Shown here: positions 53,501 to 64,000 of the stretch, piece after piece
Layout: every line of letters begins with the position of its first letter
Position numbering within the stretch: the first letter of the stretch is position 1
NCBI GenBank assembly: GCA_000146045.2
Contig: BK006937.2
Location: forward strand, 192,001-256,000
Length of the DNA stretch: 64,000 bases
Direction of reading: 5' to 3'
Source of the DNA: TPA_inf: Saccharomyces
Lineage: Eukaryota
Program-made: the position numbers and the translations under genes
The notes under the pieces: generated by a model
Seen by the model: the letters and a program-made list of their open reading frames with translations, nothing else
Databases searched by the model: none
What the model was told of the DNA's origin: nothing

Positions 53501-54583
53501 CATCCAAGGTGATAGCGGATAGAAAATTTTTTTTTGGAATATAGACTCGATGTTCTTTTCCTTCATCAATTGTTCTGCAAGAATCTTCATTTTGCAGTTC
53601 CATTGGGGCACACCATCAAAATCCTCTTGGCAATTATCCGAACTACTTATCGGTGAGAAACGGTTTATCCAGTCGTCCAACTCTTGCCTCCTCAACGTTA
53701 AGTTCGTTTTAAAGTTCAGCCAAGAATTCATTACGTCTATTCTAGCGGTAAATTCTGCAGTATTGGTGATTGGTTTATCCTTATACATTTTTTTCAAGTT
53801 AGGCCAATAAGAGACAACGCTGTGATATCTGTTCATGAGGTCTTGTAAGATGGCCTCCAGTGCATCCAGGCTCAATATCTTGCCCTGTGGAATTTGAAAC
53901 TTCATTATCTCTTCAAAAACGGAATCTGAACTATCTCTTAAATATGTAAGCGACTGTTCCATCTCTTGCATGGTCCTCCCATTCAGCCATGCCTTCAATT
54001 CGAGCCATATCTCATCTGAGAGCTCCTTATTTAACCCTGGTTTCTTGACTTGGTTAGCAATCCTCGTCTTTTCACCTTTAACAATATCTCCCTTCAGCAC
54101 TCTGGCCAGCATTGACTGCCATTTGAACCGTTCGGTCGCAATTTCATTCCAAGCTAGTTCATCACTGTCTGACCTCATTTTCCTGCAATAAGGTGTAGTG
54201 GAGAAAAACTTGACACCTGAGTGCAGGTCTTCATCAATTCTGTCGCCATTAGACAACCGAATAATTTCGTCATCACCGTCGTCTTCCTCGTAGCGGTTAG
54301 TGAGTTTTATGCCCCTCGTGTAGTAGTCATCTAAAGCGGTCTTTTTTAGCTTTTTCAAGTATAGCGATTCATTGAAAACGTATCGGTCCTTAAAAGTCAG
54401 CTGACTGGGGCCGTCGCTTATTGTTTCCGAGCCACCCAATGCTTTCAAATCAGATCTTGATAGTTTATGGCTGGAATGACTTGATAATCTCTTCACGAGC
54501 TTACTTGAGATGGTATGAGGAGCCAGAACTCTCCCGCCTTCAGCCGCTTTTTGTTGCTGTGTATTCAGTATATCCATCATCAT
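50588..54583 (-). CDS. SSK22: MAP kinase kinase kinase of the HOG osmosensing pathway (C-terminal Ser/Thr kinase domain)
   Basis: Kinase subdomains [26 protein letters not shown] and APE. 1331 aa from the [12 protein letters not shown]. Confidence 0.9.
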   Translation of the reverse strand: MMMDILNTQQQKAAEGGRVLAPHTISSKLVKRLSSHSSHKLSRSDLKALGGSETISDGPSQLTFKDRYVFNESLYLKKLKKTALDDYYTRGIKLTNRYEEDDGDDEIIRLSNGDRIDEDLHSGVKFFSTTPYCRKMRSDSDELAWNEIATERFKWQSMLARVLKGDIVKGEKTRIANQVKKPGLNKELSDEIWLELKAWLNGRTMQEMEQSLTYLRDSSDSVFEEIMKFQIPQGKILSLDALEAILQDLMNRYHSVVSYWPNLKKMYKDKPITNTAEFTARIDVMNSWLNFKTNLTLRRQELDDWINRFSPISSSDNCQEDFDGVPQWNCKMKILAEQLMKEKNIESIFQKKIFYPLSPWMFKLKLHFIVYRETLTKMNIKYPYERLRSLLAFPVYLIKEVILTRLSYARKLKNPTMMMIDQMIDDFNAFIRLSVQLKYTLTKYCSNLPFDVDFDPTFENTVIEAIRYLFFLLNLKLIDSSKQNFKAPDLLLKYWDHLKNTGHYINGAETVIPNEFLKLTLRLVHKLQFYLLKQQNFPPTFANASEAEKWLSSIFENLGAMKRKLNRFSNILVKAFQNSAVYQINHNAQLVKKLKDAHYFLVYSGNTFESSGVYMFAAPELLGCDNDTILRILRNKSIGCDLVPKLDIGNNLNVYDITTKETDLNILVSKGEDSKGIPYYRVVANSSSDLDRHAHQSKKKNFSTDPFDQHLDEKNNEVFELEVALSSLGALVVLYPGEPVVWDGPVYKLPGNNLFASNEMDLGKIGNPNTLILLNQGSNYALTYQIDKFNQTVGDSVSFIEKRCSLNSIESSLQKINKAYYKLTYTVLNNYKGILGSFMKQCPGNELLNSIFMFGRDFGRSFLKYNAFSSKRKYVIIFLMVKLGMNWLKFLVEECDPTDQRTFRWCVLAMDFAMQMTSGYNILALNVKQFQELKERVSVCMSLLISHFDVMGARATEAENGMQQARLNIDTEENIDEEATLEINSRLRLEAIKTLEKTMKRNPRQMGKVLDATDQGNKYLLSLASSLSNVSMRWQKRSFIGGGTFGQVYSAINLENGEILAVKEIKIHDTTTMKKIFPLIKEEMTVLEMLNHPNIVQYYGVEVHRDKVNIFMEYCEGGSLASLLDHGRIEDEMVTQVYTFELLEGLAYLHQSGVVHRDIKPENILLDFNGIIKYVDFGTARTVVGSRTRTVRNAAVQDFGVETKSLNEMMGTPMYMAPETISGSAVKGKLGADDVWALGCVVLEMATGRRPWSNLDNEWAIMYHVAAGRIPQLPNRDEMTAAGRAFLERCLVQDPTMRATAVELLIDPWMIQIREIAFGNSEKDQVPILSS

Positions 54584-54962
54584 TTTCACCTACAAGGAAC
54601 TACCTTTTATAGCCACCCTAAGTAAAACAACATTAGCTTAGCATCCTCAATTCTTATCGTATGTTGTTGCTGCTATTTTTATCCTATTGTTCCTGGCATC
54701 GCTTTTTTACATAAGGTACCAAGGCAAGAGAAAAGACCCGCGAAATTTTCAATTCGAGACATAGGGTTAATACGAAATATGTTAAGGTCTAGTTTCCAAA
54801 AAATGAAGAAAATGTGATTAGACATCCTGGGGAAATTAGGTTTAAATAGGGCGGGCGCTACAGGGGTTTTCCTAACAAATTTCAATGATAATAGTGGCAT
54901 CATCATCGTCATATCCAGTGTAGGTATGGACTAGAACAGAAAGCAATTTGCAGCAAGACAAT

Positions 54963-55910
54963 ATGACTACGACGGTACCCAAGATATTCGCGTTTCACGA
55001 GTTTTCAGACGTGGCAGAGGCCGTAGCTGACCATGTAGTCCACGCGCAAGACGGTGCATTGGCTCCAAAGAACGAGAGGAAACACTCTGTTCCCAACATC
55101 AGCATGAATGCACTGGATATGACGAGAGAGGCCTCTTGCAAAAGCACAGCATCTGCCGCGGAAGGGAAAAGTGGTAGCAGTGGTAGTGGCAGTGGTAGCA
55201 GTAAGCCCAAAAAGGAGAAACGGTTCAAGATTGCTCTCTCCGGTGGGTCATTGATCGAAGTGCTACACGAAGGTCTGCTAAAACGAGACGATGTACGGTG
55301 GGGAGACTGGGACATTTACTTTGCAGACGAGAGACTTGTACCCTTCAGCTCGAATGAAAGCAATTATGGATGCGCCAAAAGGAAGATTTTGGACCTGATA
55401 GACACGGCGAAGTATGGAACTCCGAAGGTGTACCACATTGACGAGTCATTGATTGACGACCCGCAAGAATGCGCTGATAACTATGAAAAGGTGCTAATCC
55501 GCGGGTTTGCCGGTAGAGATTCCGTCAAACTTCCGATGTTCGACTTGTTCCTGCTTGGTTGTGCCCCCGATGGTCATATCGCATCACTCTTCCCTAACTT
55601 CCAGGACAATCTACGTGAGAAACTTGCATGGGTGGTGCCCGTGGAGAACGCTCCTAGTGGGCCCTCGACCAGAATTTCGCTGACTATACCTGTAATCTGC
55701 CATTCTCACAGGGTTACTTTCGTTGTCGAAGGTGCAACCAAGGCGCCCATCATCAAGACCATTATGGAAAGGCCTGAAAAGGGCCTACCTAGCAGTATTG
55801 TCAACGAAGGTGCTGCTGGTCGTGTATCATGGTTTGTTGACGACGATGCTCTTACGGACGTCCTCGTCACCAAAAAAAAGTATAAATTCCACCAAGGTTT
55901 GTCTATTTAA
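54963..55910 (+). CDS. SOL2: 6-phosphogluconolactonase-like protein (SOL family, glucosamine/galactosamine-6-P isomerase fold)
   Basis: SOL/Pgl fold with a GS-rich insert. The start was taken at MTTTVPKIFAF (315 aa). Confidence 0.85.
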   Translation: MTTTVPKIFAFHEFSDVAEAVADHVVHAQDGALAPKNERKHSVPNISMNALDMTREASCKSTASAAEGKSGSSGSGSGSSKPKKEKRFKIALSGGSLIEVLHEGLLKRDDVRWGDWDIYFADERLVPFSSNESNYGCAKRKILDLIDTAKYGTPKVYHIDESLIDDPQECADNYEKVLIRGFAGRDSVKLPMFDLFLLGCAPDGHIASLFPNFQDNLREKLAWVVPVENAPSGPSTRISLTIPVICHSHRVTFVVEGATKAPIIKTIMERPEKGLPSSIVNEGAAGRVSWFVDDDALTDVLVTKKKYKFHQGLSI

Positions 55911-55922
55911 ACCATGCATGTG

Positions 55923-56004
55923 TGTACATACATACATACACACATACATACATACATACATATATTTATGTATATTTATGTATATATATATATATATATA
56001 TATG
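55923..56004. repeat. Compound microsatellite (CATA)n-(TTTATGTATA)2-(TA)n in the convergent SOL2/ERS1 3' intergenic spacer
   Basis: catacatacatacacacatacatacatacatacatat...tatatatatatatatatatatatatg. Confidence 0.9.
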
Positions 56005-56032
56005 CGTAATTATGCAGATTTCTCCTTGTGTG

Positions 56033-56815
56033 CTACAGCGGGTACTCTGACGCCAGATCATGGCCTCGAGATCGATATACAAACCACTGCATGATAAAGA
56101 TGAAGTTGAATATTAAAGTTACCATTGACAGTCCCACTTTTCCAAAATTTGTCACGAACGTATCCAGACTGAAACCTTGATCGTTAGACAACTGCCAAAT
56201 CAATTGGAGCAGCGAGGCGATACCGCCAGTGACATCTAGAAACACACCCTGAATGGGGAAACAATCCATAGATTTTCTTGTCGAGTTATGCGTCACTTGT
56301 GGGATGTACTTGATTAGTGACATCGATATTTTGAGTAAAAACAAATTGTTGCAATACGCCAGAGTTCTTGAGTTATGCCAATCGTACCAGTAGTTGGAGT
56401 ACATAAATTGTACGGTTAGCAGTGAAAAAATGGCCAGTGATGCGAGTAAAATCCTTAGGTACCATGGATTCATCTTGCGGTGACCTTTACCTGGAAATCG
56501 CCAGATTCTCGCTCCAGCTACCACCTGGGTCAATAAGACAACATTCATCAAGCACCCATGCAGGCAATACCAGAAATCAAATTGCGTCAACTTGGGCCTG
56601 CCCAAGTCAGACTCATCACCCGTCATTTTCCAGCAGTACAATTGCAAAAATATGGATATGACCAGGTAAGAGTAACCTGCCGTATTTAACATGACAAAAT
56701 CCATCGATATCGCGCTCGCTGACTTATGGCGCCAATTGGTGATTATCGGTGGATACATCGATATCGACCATGACGTAACATACACGATACCTAGTATATC
56801 GTCTAACGACACCAT
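56033..56815 (-). CDS. ERS1: PQ-loop (cystinosin-like) 7-TM transporter
   Basis: 260 aa with 7 predicted TM segments and PQ-loop repeats. Confidence 0.85.
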   Translation of the reverse strand: MVSLDDILGIVYVTSWSISMYPPIITNWRHKSASAISMDFVMLNTAGYSYLVISIFLQLYCWKMTGDESDLGRPKLTQFDFWYCLHGCLMNVVLLTQVVAGARIWRFPGKGHRKMNPWYLRILLASLAIFSLLTVQFMYSNYWYDWHNSRTLAYCNNLFLLKISMSLIKYIPQVTHNSTRKSMDCFPIQGVFLDVTGGIASLLQLIWQLSNDQGFSLDTFVTNFGKVGLSMVTLIFNFIFIMQWFVYRSRGHDLASEYPL

Positions 56816-56974
56816 TTTGCTTCGCGTTTGCTTTTGTTTGCTTTTAGTTTTTCTTCCCTTGTTTACATATGGAAACTCACCTTAAAATTTCAAGATTATC
56901 AAAAAATATAAAGGATTCCGCTATTAAAGGGCAATACCACAACCTCAAACCAAATCACCTAAACCAAATCAAAG

Positions 56975-57202
56975 ATGGAAGCGGAAAAACAATCTGATAT
57001 TAAGGGAACCATTGCTTTCGATACTCACGGTAACGTTATAGAGTCTACCGGCGTGGGCAGTCAAAGGATCGAAGATATCGGTGATTTATCGAAAGTTACG
57101 CTGGATGCAGAAGGTTTTGCTCAAGTTCAAGGAGATTCGCTACTCGTACACCTGTACAAACGCAATGATATCACTTTAGCTGTATATACCAGCGCTCAAT
57201 AA
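56975..57202 (+). CDS. Small 75-aa protein (YCR075W-A, an EGO/Ragulator-like complex component)
   Basis: Intact short ORF with a good ATG context (aaagATGG). Position matches YCR075W-A. Confidence 0.55.
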   Translation: MEAEKQSDIKGTIAFDTHGNVIESTGVGSQRIEDIGDLSKVTLDAEGFAQVQGDSLLVHLYKRNDITLAVYTSAQ

Positions 57203-57292
57203 ATTCTTTCCTTCCCTTTCGACATAGCTATGTCTGTATACTATCTAAAAACTAAATATCACAATAAACAAAGTACTAAAATAAACACCCAT

Positions 57293-58045
57293 TTAAATAA
57301 AGCCAGATCCTGACCCTCCAAATCCGCCGGATCCTGAACCTCCAAATCCGCCAGATCCAGGACCAAATGGTTCGTCGTACTTGGATCCAGGCATCCATCC
57401 TGGCGGCATATCTTCCCGTCTTGGGGCAGGTCTTCTATTTGGATCGAAAATCATACCGCCTTGGCTACTTGGATTCCCCAGAGGATTGGGAAGCCCTCCA
57501 GACCAATCCGGATGGCTTGTGCCAACAGGATACAGATCACCATCCGCATACCCTCCTGCTGGGTTAGCGAAGCTCGGTTCAGTTACCGTAAGTCCGGGAT
57601 ATGGGTTCAACGGTGCTGTTCCCTGGTTTTGTCTTGCTTGTGCCTGGTACTCATCGTCAAATTTTGGCATGTCCGCACTACCTGCAGTTTGTCTTTTAAG
57701 TTGTGTCATTATAGGTTTCAGGTCTGGCTCCACAGGTAAGCTTTCTCTTTCTAGTGGCCATTTCAATTCTGTGGGCAATTTAAAATCGCTGTAACCCACC
57801 ACACATGCCATGGTGATCGACGTACCATGACGAATAACAACAGTATACTTGTCATTGTCATCCAGAGTCTGAATCACCACTAGCTCAGAGAGAAACGATG
57901 TTGAACCCTTCTCACTGGGAGAATCTTTAATGCGAAAACTCACTTGGCATGATTTGGTTCCCTCTGTATGGCGTGACACCACCTCAGTTTTACCGATGGA
58001 CTCCAACACTAGTTCTGCTACCAGTTCAACCTTATTCTCAATCAT
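57293..58045 (-). CDS. FUB1: PI31-like proteasome-interacting protein with a Pro/Gly-rich C-terminus
   Basis: 250 aa. The C-terminus is GGFGGSGSGGFGGSGSGF with P-rich repeats. Confidence 0.8.
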   Translation of the reverse strand: MIENKVELVAELVLESIGKTEVVSRHTEGTKSCQVSFRIKDSPSEKGSTSFLSELVVIQTLDDNDKYTVVIRHGTSITMACVVGYSDFKLPTELKWPLERESLPVEPDLKPIMTQLKRQTAGSADMPKFDDEYQAQARQNQGTAPLNPYPGLTVTEPSFANPAGGYADGDLYPVGTSHPDWSGGLPNPLGNPSSQGGMIFDPNRRPAPRREDMPPGWMPGSKYDEPFGPGSGGFGGSGSGGFGGSGSGFI

Positions 58046-58237
58046 TGTTTAACTCTTGCGTTACTATGGTGGTATTATTGATGCTAATACGGGTTTTTTA
58101 TGAAAAAAAAAGGATAACAAACTTATATAAACTTATATAAAAACATATACAATAAATGATCTACAAAGGGTAGGAAATAAAAAATAAGGGAGAAAAAAAA
58201 ATACATGCGTAAGTACATTAAAATTACAGGAAAAATC

Positions 58238-60628
58238 TTACTTTAGTTCTGATATTTCACCATCGCGATACACCAACCCCATAACGTTTAGGAACAAATT
58301 CAAATCTTGGTATAGTTTCTCTTTATTATAAATAATAGATTTTAACTCTGTGTCTAATTCTTGAGACCTCTGAGGTAATACACTCAATTCTTTCTCTTTC
58401 TTTTGTAAGGTCTCCGCCTCGTTAATAGTGGCAAAGATTTCATCACGTACTTCATCAATAATGATTCTCTGGTGGTTTAGCTTTCCACTTAGTGCTAAAC
58501 TAGCTAGGAACTGCCAAATGTATGCTTCATCCATAAACTTGTCATTTTGTAAACGCATGATGTGGTCGTTATATTCCCTTGGAGGGAAAATCAGCTGAAT
58601 CTTACTTTCCAATGAAGTGAATAATTTATCATAAATCTCATTCCATGTGGAGATTTCAGGAGAGGAAAGAATATTAGATCTTGATGAATCTTGCTTGATT
58701 AATGCGGCACGAGAAATCAAAATGGTGATCAAATTTAGACCAATTTTGGAGGTGGTCAAGAACGAAACGTTGTTGTTTCTGATTAACTGTAGCAACAGAC
58801 CCATAATTTCGATAAAATTGGAGTTATTAGACAAAAACGAGACAATGATCTTTAATATGATCATTTGGAACAGATCGACTTTCTTCAATTGTGTCAAAGT
58901 TGGTTTTGGTGTAGTCTTGTAGGAACTCAATATGATGATTTGCAAGTGTGATAATTCATTGAAGATTTTTTGCAGGATTTTCAATTTTTGCTGCTTATCC
59001 AAGAAATTAAAAATTCTAGGCATAATCTTGATACCTTTATCAAATGATAGCATCGAAATGAAAGGGTTTACGTCATATGAACTGTCGTCGATGTGAAGGG
59101 CCTCCCACATTGCAGTGCTGTCAGTTTGCTGGCCATTCCTCAAGTTAGCTTCCAAGTCTAAAATCTCTTCATAAACTGTTTCAATTAACTCAAGAATGAA
59201 TTTTTTGCCCCCAGATTTGTTCAAATTTGTGGCACCATTACCGTTGTTGAACGCGTATGAAGATCTTCTTCTTTGCTTAGAAGCAACAGCAGCGGCAGAA
59301 GAGCCCGTAGAGGAGGACCCTGAAGAGGCCAAGTCCACGTTGGTCAGAGAGTCAGTGACGTCTTTTAGCGCATCGGGGTCAGAAGGCTGTTGTCTGGGGA
59401 TCTGCAGTTGTCTTCTTGGATTCTTGCTGTTCAAAGTGGAAGAGATTTTGCCCAGAACCGTGTTTGCTTGCTTATTATCCTGGCTAGAGTTACCAGCAGC
59501 CGCTTGTTGATCCTTCAACTTAGAAGGTCTTTCCTTAGCCACAGTGACAGCCTTTTCTACTTGACTTTGCATTCTCTGTAGGGCAATATCGGTTCTCTTA
59601 TAGCGACCACCGAGTCTGTGTCCAGAATGTTCCAAATACGCCCTAGCAATCAAACCTTTGTTGGATTCGGACGTGATACCGCCTCTTTGGATAATCTTGT
59701 AGACCTGGAAGTAGAAATCCTCATTGTAAGGGTCCTCAGTGACAATTTGAGACAACTGATATCTGGTGATGAAGTCCTTATCACGAGGAGTCATTAAACC
59801 TGAGTATTTCAAGATTTTCTCCACTTTGGCATGACGAATCTGCAAACGTCTTTGCTCTTCAGGCGACAAATCTCTCTTCGATCTGCGTCCACTTTGCAGA
59901 GGCATTTTAGTTGCGCCAACCACAGGGCCTGGAGAAGGAGTGTTGGACATACCGATGGGTGAAGGCGAAGCTTGAACTGGAACTTGTACAGGACCCATTG
60001 GCATTTGATTCATATTCACATTAACGCCAGGAGGTGGAGGTGGAGGCGCAAATTGTGAGGGACCTGGTTGACCCGACGCAGGCTGCATTGGAAATTGCTG
60101 CTGAGGCGGACCCTGTGGGAGACCCTGTGGATGACCCATGGCGTGGAAATTCATAAACTGTTGCTGCATTTGACGTTGTTGTCTTTCCAAGTCTTGCATC
60201 GACAAGATTGGCTGTAGGGGGGCCATTTGCTGCGGAGCAGGAGCCGGAGCCATTGTACTTTGGGGTGAAGGCGCCATTGCTGGAGGTGGTGCAGTAGACC
60301 ACAAAGATTCCATTGGCTTCAGGTCTAGAGGTCCTGCTGCTGCCGTTCCATCGGTCCTAGGGCCGCTAATTCCTTCTGCAGTAGCTGCAACATATGATCT
60401 AGCCGTGGCACCGACGCCATTACCACCAATTGCGTTGCCGCTGCTGCCGCTGCTGTGAGGATTTCCAAAATCAAAGTCGGTACCAACCTGAACATTATCA
60501 CCAAATGTTTCGTCGTTCAAATAGTCGTTCTCCTCAAGTTCGTGCTCGCCATAGCCCTTGTAACTCTCTTCAAAGTCCAGAGGACCATCCCGCGCATTAC
60601 CGCTATTTTCTAACCCAAAGAAGGACAT
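58238..60628 (-). CDS. PAT1: mRNA decapping activator / P-body scaffold
   Basis: 796 aa with a Q/P-rich middle (QQRQMQQQFMNF..PPPPPPG) and a conserved C-terminal domain. Confidence 0.9.
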   Translation of the reverse strand: MSFFGLENSGNARDGPLDFEESYKGYGEHELEENDYLNDETFGDNVQVGTDFDFGNPHSSGSSGNAIGGNGVGATARSYVAATAEGISGPRTDGTAAAGPLDLKPMESLWSTAPPPAMAPSPQSTMAPAPAPQQMAPLQPILSMQDLERQQRQMQQQFMNFHAMGHPQGLPQGPPQQQFPMQPASGQPGPSQFAPPPPPPGVNVNMNQMPMGPVQVPVQASPSPIGMSNTPSPGPVVGATKMPLQSGRRSKRDLSPEEQRRLQIRHAKVEKILKYSGLMTPRDKDFITRYQLSQIVTEDPYNEDFYFQVYKIIQRGGITSESNKGLIARAYLEHSGHRLGGRYKRTDIALQRMQSQVEKAVTVAKERPSKLKDQQAAAGNSSQDNKQANTVLGKISSTLNSKNPRRQLQIPRQQPSDPDALKDVTDSLTNVDLASSGSSSTGSSAAAVASKQRRRSSYAFNNGNGATNLNKSGGKKFILELIETVYEEILDLEANLRNGQQTDSTAMWEALHIDDSSYDVNPFISMLSFDKGIKIMPRIFNFLDKQQKLKILQKIFNELSHLQIIILSSYKTTPKPTLTQLKKVDLFQMIILKIIVSFLSNNSNFIEIMGLLLQLIRNNNVSFLTTSKIGLNLITILISRAALIKQDSSRSNILSSPEISTWNEIYDKLFTSLESKIQLIFPPREYNDHIMRLQNDKFMDEAYIWQFLASLALSGKLNHQRIIIDEVRDEIFATINEAETLQKKEKELSVLPQRSQELDTELKSIIYNKEKLYQDLNLFLNVMGLVYRDGEISELK

Positions 60629-60844
60629 TGCTAGTGCTTCTTGCTGCTCTTACTTCCGGTTAAAACCTTTGCTTCCTTCAAGGTGTACATGTTTCTTTTC
60701 ATTCACCTTGTTTCTTTCTTTAAAAAGAGGAAGAGGAAAAAAAAAATTTCGTGTAATGCGAGAAGAACAAATAGGGAAGTGATAACAATAGTATCAATAA
60801 CAGGCTGCAATCGGGGCAATTAAGCATCAGAAGAGGGGAATTTG

Positions 60845-62173
60845 ATGCGGCTGGGGAATGCTTATGCGTATTGCAAGCCGTCGCAAAATGTTGGGCTGAA
60901 GCTGGACTTGTTACGGGGTCTTCCAGGGTACGTGGGTCACGCCACGAGTAGGATCAACCGGTTAGAGAACCAGGACAATTACTCCATTAAAATGATGCGG
61001 TCGTGGCCTAATGCGTATGGAAGTGCCCTGAACTGCTCTGTATTCGATGGCCATGGGGAGAAAGGTGCGCAACTGTCACAGTTGTTAGCCGATAAATTGT
61101 GCAGTAGCCTGGATTTCCCTGAACCCTCCTGGGACAAGCAGGACTTGAAGAAGTTGGTACAGGAATATGCAAGAAGGTTTCCCGAGGGAAATTACTGGAA
61201 ACATAAGCTGTCCACGTTTGAAAAATTCTACAACAAGTTTATAAAGAACTGCAACTCGAAACAAGAACTGCTGCTGATGAAGGAGGGCGATAGTGCGATC
61301 CTTGGACAAAATGGTGGCAGGATGATTTTTGATAAAATGGGGAATATTATTGACAAAATTGCACTGCTCACTGAGCTAGACCGTCTGCGATTGTTCTACG
61401 GGTTTGCCAGGTTCGATCTCGACCAATGCTGCGGCCTGGGCACCGCAGCGGGGTCCACAGCGTCGTCCATATTTCTATATCCGTATGATGATCCGAATGC
61501 ACCCATTGATGAGGGGAAAGACGATGACTCGTGGATCATATCGCACTCTGGATTGCTCAAACTCATTGTCACGCAGGTGGGCGACTCTAAGATCATCCTC
61601 TGCGATCAAGACGGGATTGCACACGCATTAACAACAACTCACCACATCAATTCCAGTAGGGAACGACACCGTTTGAGCATAGACCCTTCTCGATTGGACC
61701 CAGACGCCTTTGGAGAGACAAGGTTTTTGAATAATTTCGCCAACACTAGATCGTTTGGTGATGTCGCTGGGAAACCGTATGGTATATCTAGTGAGCCGGA
61801 TATTTTCTCGTTTCTTGTCGGAAATACCTTGCATTTGCCGCGATCTGAAAGGTCGAAGCTGCCCTTCAATGGTGATGAATGCTTCCTGGCGCTTGTCACC
61901 GACGGCATCACCAATAAACTTGCAGACCAAGAGGTTGTTGACCTCATCACCTCTACGGTGAACTCCTGGGGACTGAAAAAGGCGACTCCTCAATTTGTTG
62001 CAGAGGAGACAATCAAATTTATTCAGGCAATAGCCACTAAACACTCAGACAACGCCACTTGCGTGGTGGTTAGGCTTTCCAATTGGGGCAACTGGCCCAA
62101 TGTTGACAGAACTGGCCCCCAAAGAGAAACCAAACTAATGAATGCACAATCTAACGAAACAAAATTAAACTAA
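60845..62173 (+). CDS. PTC6: Mitochondrial PP2C-type protein phosphatase
   Basis: PP2C-like core. 442 aa from the second Met. Confidence 0.82.
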
Positions 62174-62370
62174 ACACCCCCCTGGGTGGAAACAAGTCCT
62201 AGATAATCATCTTTTGTATTTTTTTTCTTCCTTTTATTAGTATGTATACATATATATTACTTTTTATATTCTTTATAGCGCATTTTAAACACCTTTCTGA
62301 AAAAATGCTGAGATTTTTGATGCTAATCGAAAGATTAAAAAAAGGTCTATAGAGGTAAGCCAATAACGCG

Positions 62371-64000
62371 ATGAATAACGGTTCTGGTCGATACTTGCTG
62401 ACTCCCCCAGATGATCTTCACCCCTATGTGCCAAGCTCGAAACCTCAGGAACAAGTATACCCTGATTTCAAGCCTTGGGAGCACACTGCAGCAGAAGATC
62501 AAATCCTAGCAAACTTTGTGGCTAAGGGCTTTTACCATACACCAATGGTAAATTTCGAGTCCATATCTGCGAGATCATCTGTTCATGAATCATTAGTCAC
62601 TCAATCCAACATTCTTTCCCAGCAATTCGACAAAATTATCAAGATTAGAGAAGACCACATTAATAAGATCCCCTCAAATTCCACGACGACATTACACGGG
62701 CCTGGTTTTCAGTTGCCTAATAGAATAACCCTTACTGATCATAGAAAGGAAACGTGGTTGCATGAATTGAGTTCGTCTCACACTTCGCTGGTCAAAATTG
62801 GCAAGTTTATACCTCACGGCTTGAAAAGAAGGCAAGTCATCGAGCAGTGCTATTTAAAATTTATACCATTGAAAAGGGCGATTTGGTTGATAAAGTGCTG
62901 CTATTTTATCGAATGGAAATCGAACCACAAAAAGAAGAGGTCAAATGCTGCTGGGGCAGATGATGCCATTTCCATGCACCTGCTAAAGGACTGGACGGAT
63001 ACCTTTGTATACATCCTGGAAAAGCTCATCTTTGATATGACAAATCACTATAACGATTCTCAACAACTGCGTACGTGGAAGAGGCAGATTTCTTATTTTT
63101 TAAAACTTTTGGGGAATTGCTACTCACTAAGATTGATCAATAAGGAAATCTTTCATCATTGGCTTGTAGAGTTTATAAATAAGATGGAAAACTTCGAATT
63201 TTTGCCATTATCTTTACATATTTTGATGATTTTTTGGAACGACATCTGCCAAATTGATACAAATGCTCCTGTTGCGGCTACAATAACATCAAGTCAAAAA
63301 GAGCCCTTCTTTCTGGTAACAAAAATCACTGATATGCTATTGCACAAATATTATATTGTTTCCAGCAGCAAATCAATGATAAATGACGAGAACTACATCA
63401 TCAATGATATAAAGAAAAACAACAAGATAAAGTTGAATATTCTCAAAATATTATCCAGTTTAATTTTGAAAATTTTTCAAGAACAATCTTTAGAGGTGTT
63501 TATATTTCCCACATCTAACTGGGAAATTTACAAGCCCTTACTTTTTGAAATAGTCTCAAACGCCGACACTAATCAAAATTCTGATATGAAGAAAAAATTA
63601 GAGTTAATTAGTTACAGAAACGAGTCATTGAAGAATAATTCTTCTATACGAAACGTAATAATGTCTGCCAGCAACGCAAATGACTTTCAATTAACTATCG
63701 TCACCTGTAAACAATTTCCAAAACTATCATGCATTCAATTAAATTGTATAGATACTCAGTTCACCAAGCTACTGGACGATAACCCTACAGAATTCGATTG
63801 GCCCACTTACGTTGACCAAAATCCCCTTACAATGCATAAAATTATTCAATTAATTCTCTGGTCCATACATCCATCAAGGCAATTTGATCACTATGAATCT
63901 AATCAACTGGTAGCGAAATTATTACTATTGCGAATAAATTCAACAGATGAGGATTTGCACGAATTCCAGATAGAAGATGCCATTTGGTCATTGGTTTTCC
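62371..64000 (+). CDS. SRB8: Mediator kinase-module subunit Med12, 5' portion (CDS continues past the window end)
   Basis: Starts [44 protein letters not shown]. The frame stays open to the window edge. Confidence 0.85.

Noticed and set aside
57381-57794. 137-aa Gly/Pro-rich plus-strand ORF
   Set aside because: Antisense to the Pro/Gly-rich C-terminus of FUB1, an artefact of a compositionally biased coding region.

Overview
The window reads as Saccharomyces cerevisiae chromosome III right arm, roughly S288C chrIII:192,001-256,000 (gene order RRP43-RBK1-PHO87-BUD5-MATalpha2/MATalpha1-TAF2 ... PAT1-PTC6-SRB8). I identified this from the translated ORFs, which match well-known yeast proteins, and from the diagnostic MATalpha locus. 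It is a gene-dense nuclear region of about 37 protein-coding genes and very short intergenic spacers. It also holds one intron-containing tRNA-Ser(CGA) gene (the SUP61 locus) and the MATalpha idiomorph with its HO endonuclease site and an a1-alpha2 operator. I could also see several promoter motifs: PAC+RRPE upstream of PWP2 and RSA4, an MCB/SCB cluster upstream of HCM1, and a CACGTGGG E-box upstream of PHO87. One match to the ARS consensus lies where I recall ARS315, and there are a few coding and non-coding microsatellites. There are no prokaryotic features, no CRISPR, no rRNA, and I could not recognise any Ty or LTR insertion. I see no evidence for a previously undescribed system, and everything found fits well-annotated loci. 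The findings are therefore second-look items rather than a novel system: start-codon ambiguities, repeat polymorphism candidates, and candidate regulatory sites. Where I corrected ORF-track starts to a downstream ATG, this rests on my recollection of the known protein lengths together with visible in-frame ATGs, and should be checked by alignment.
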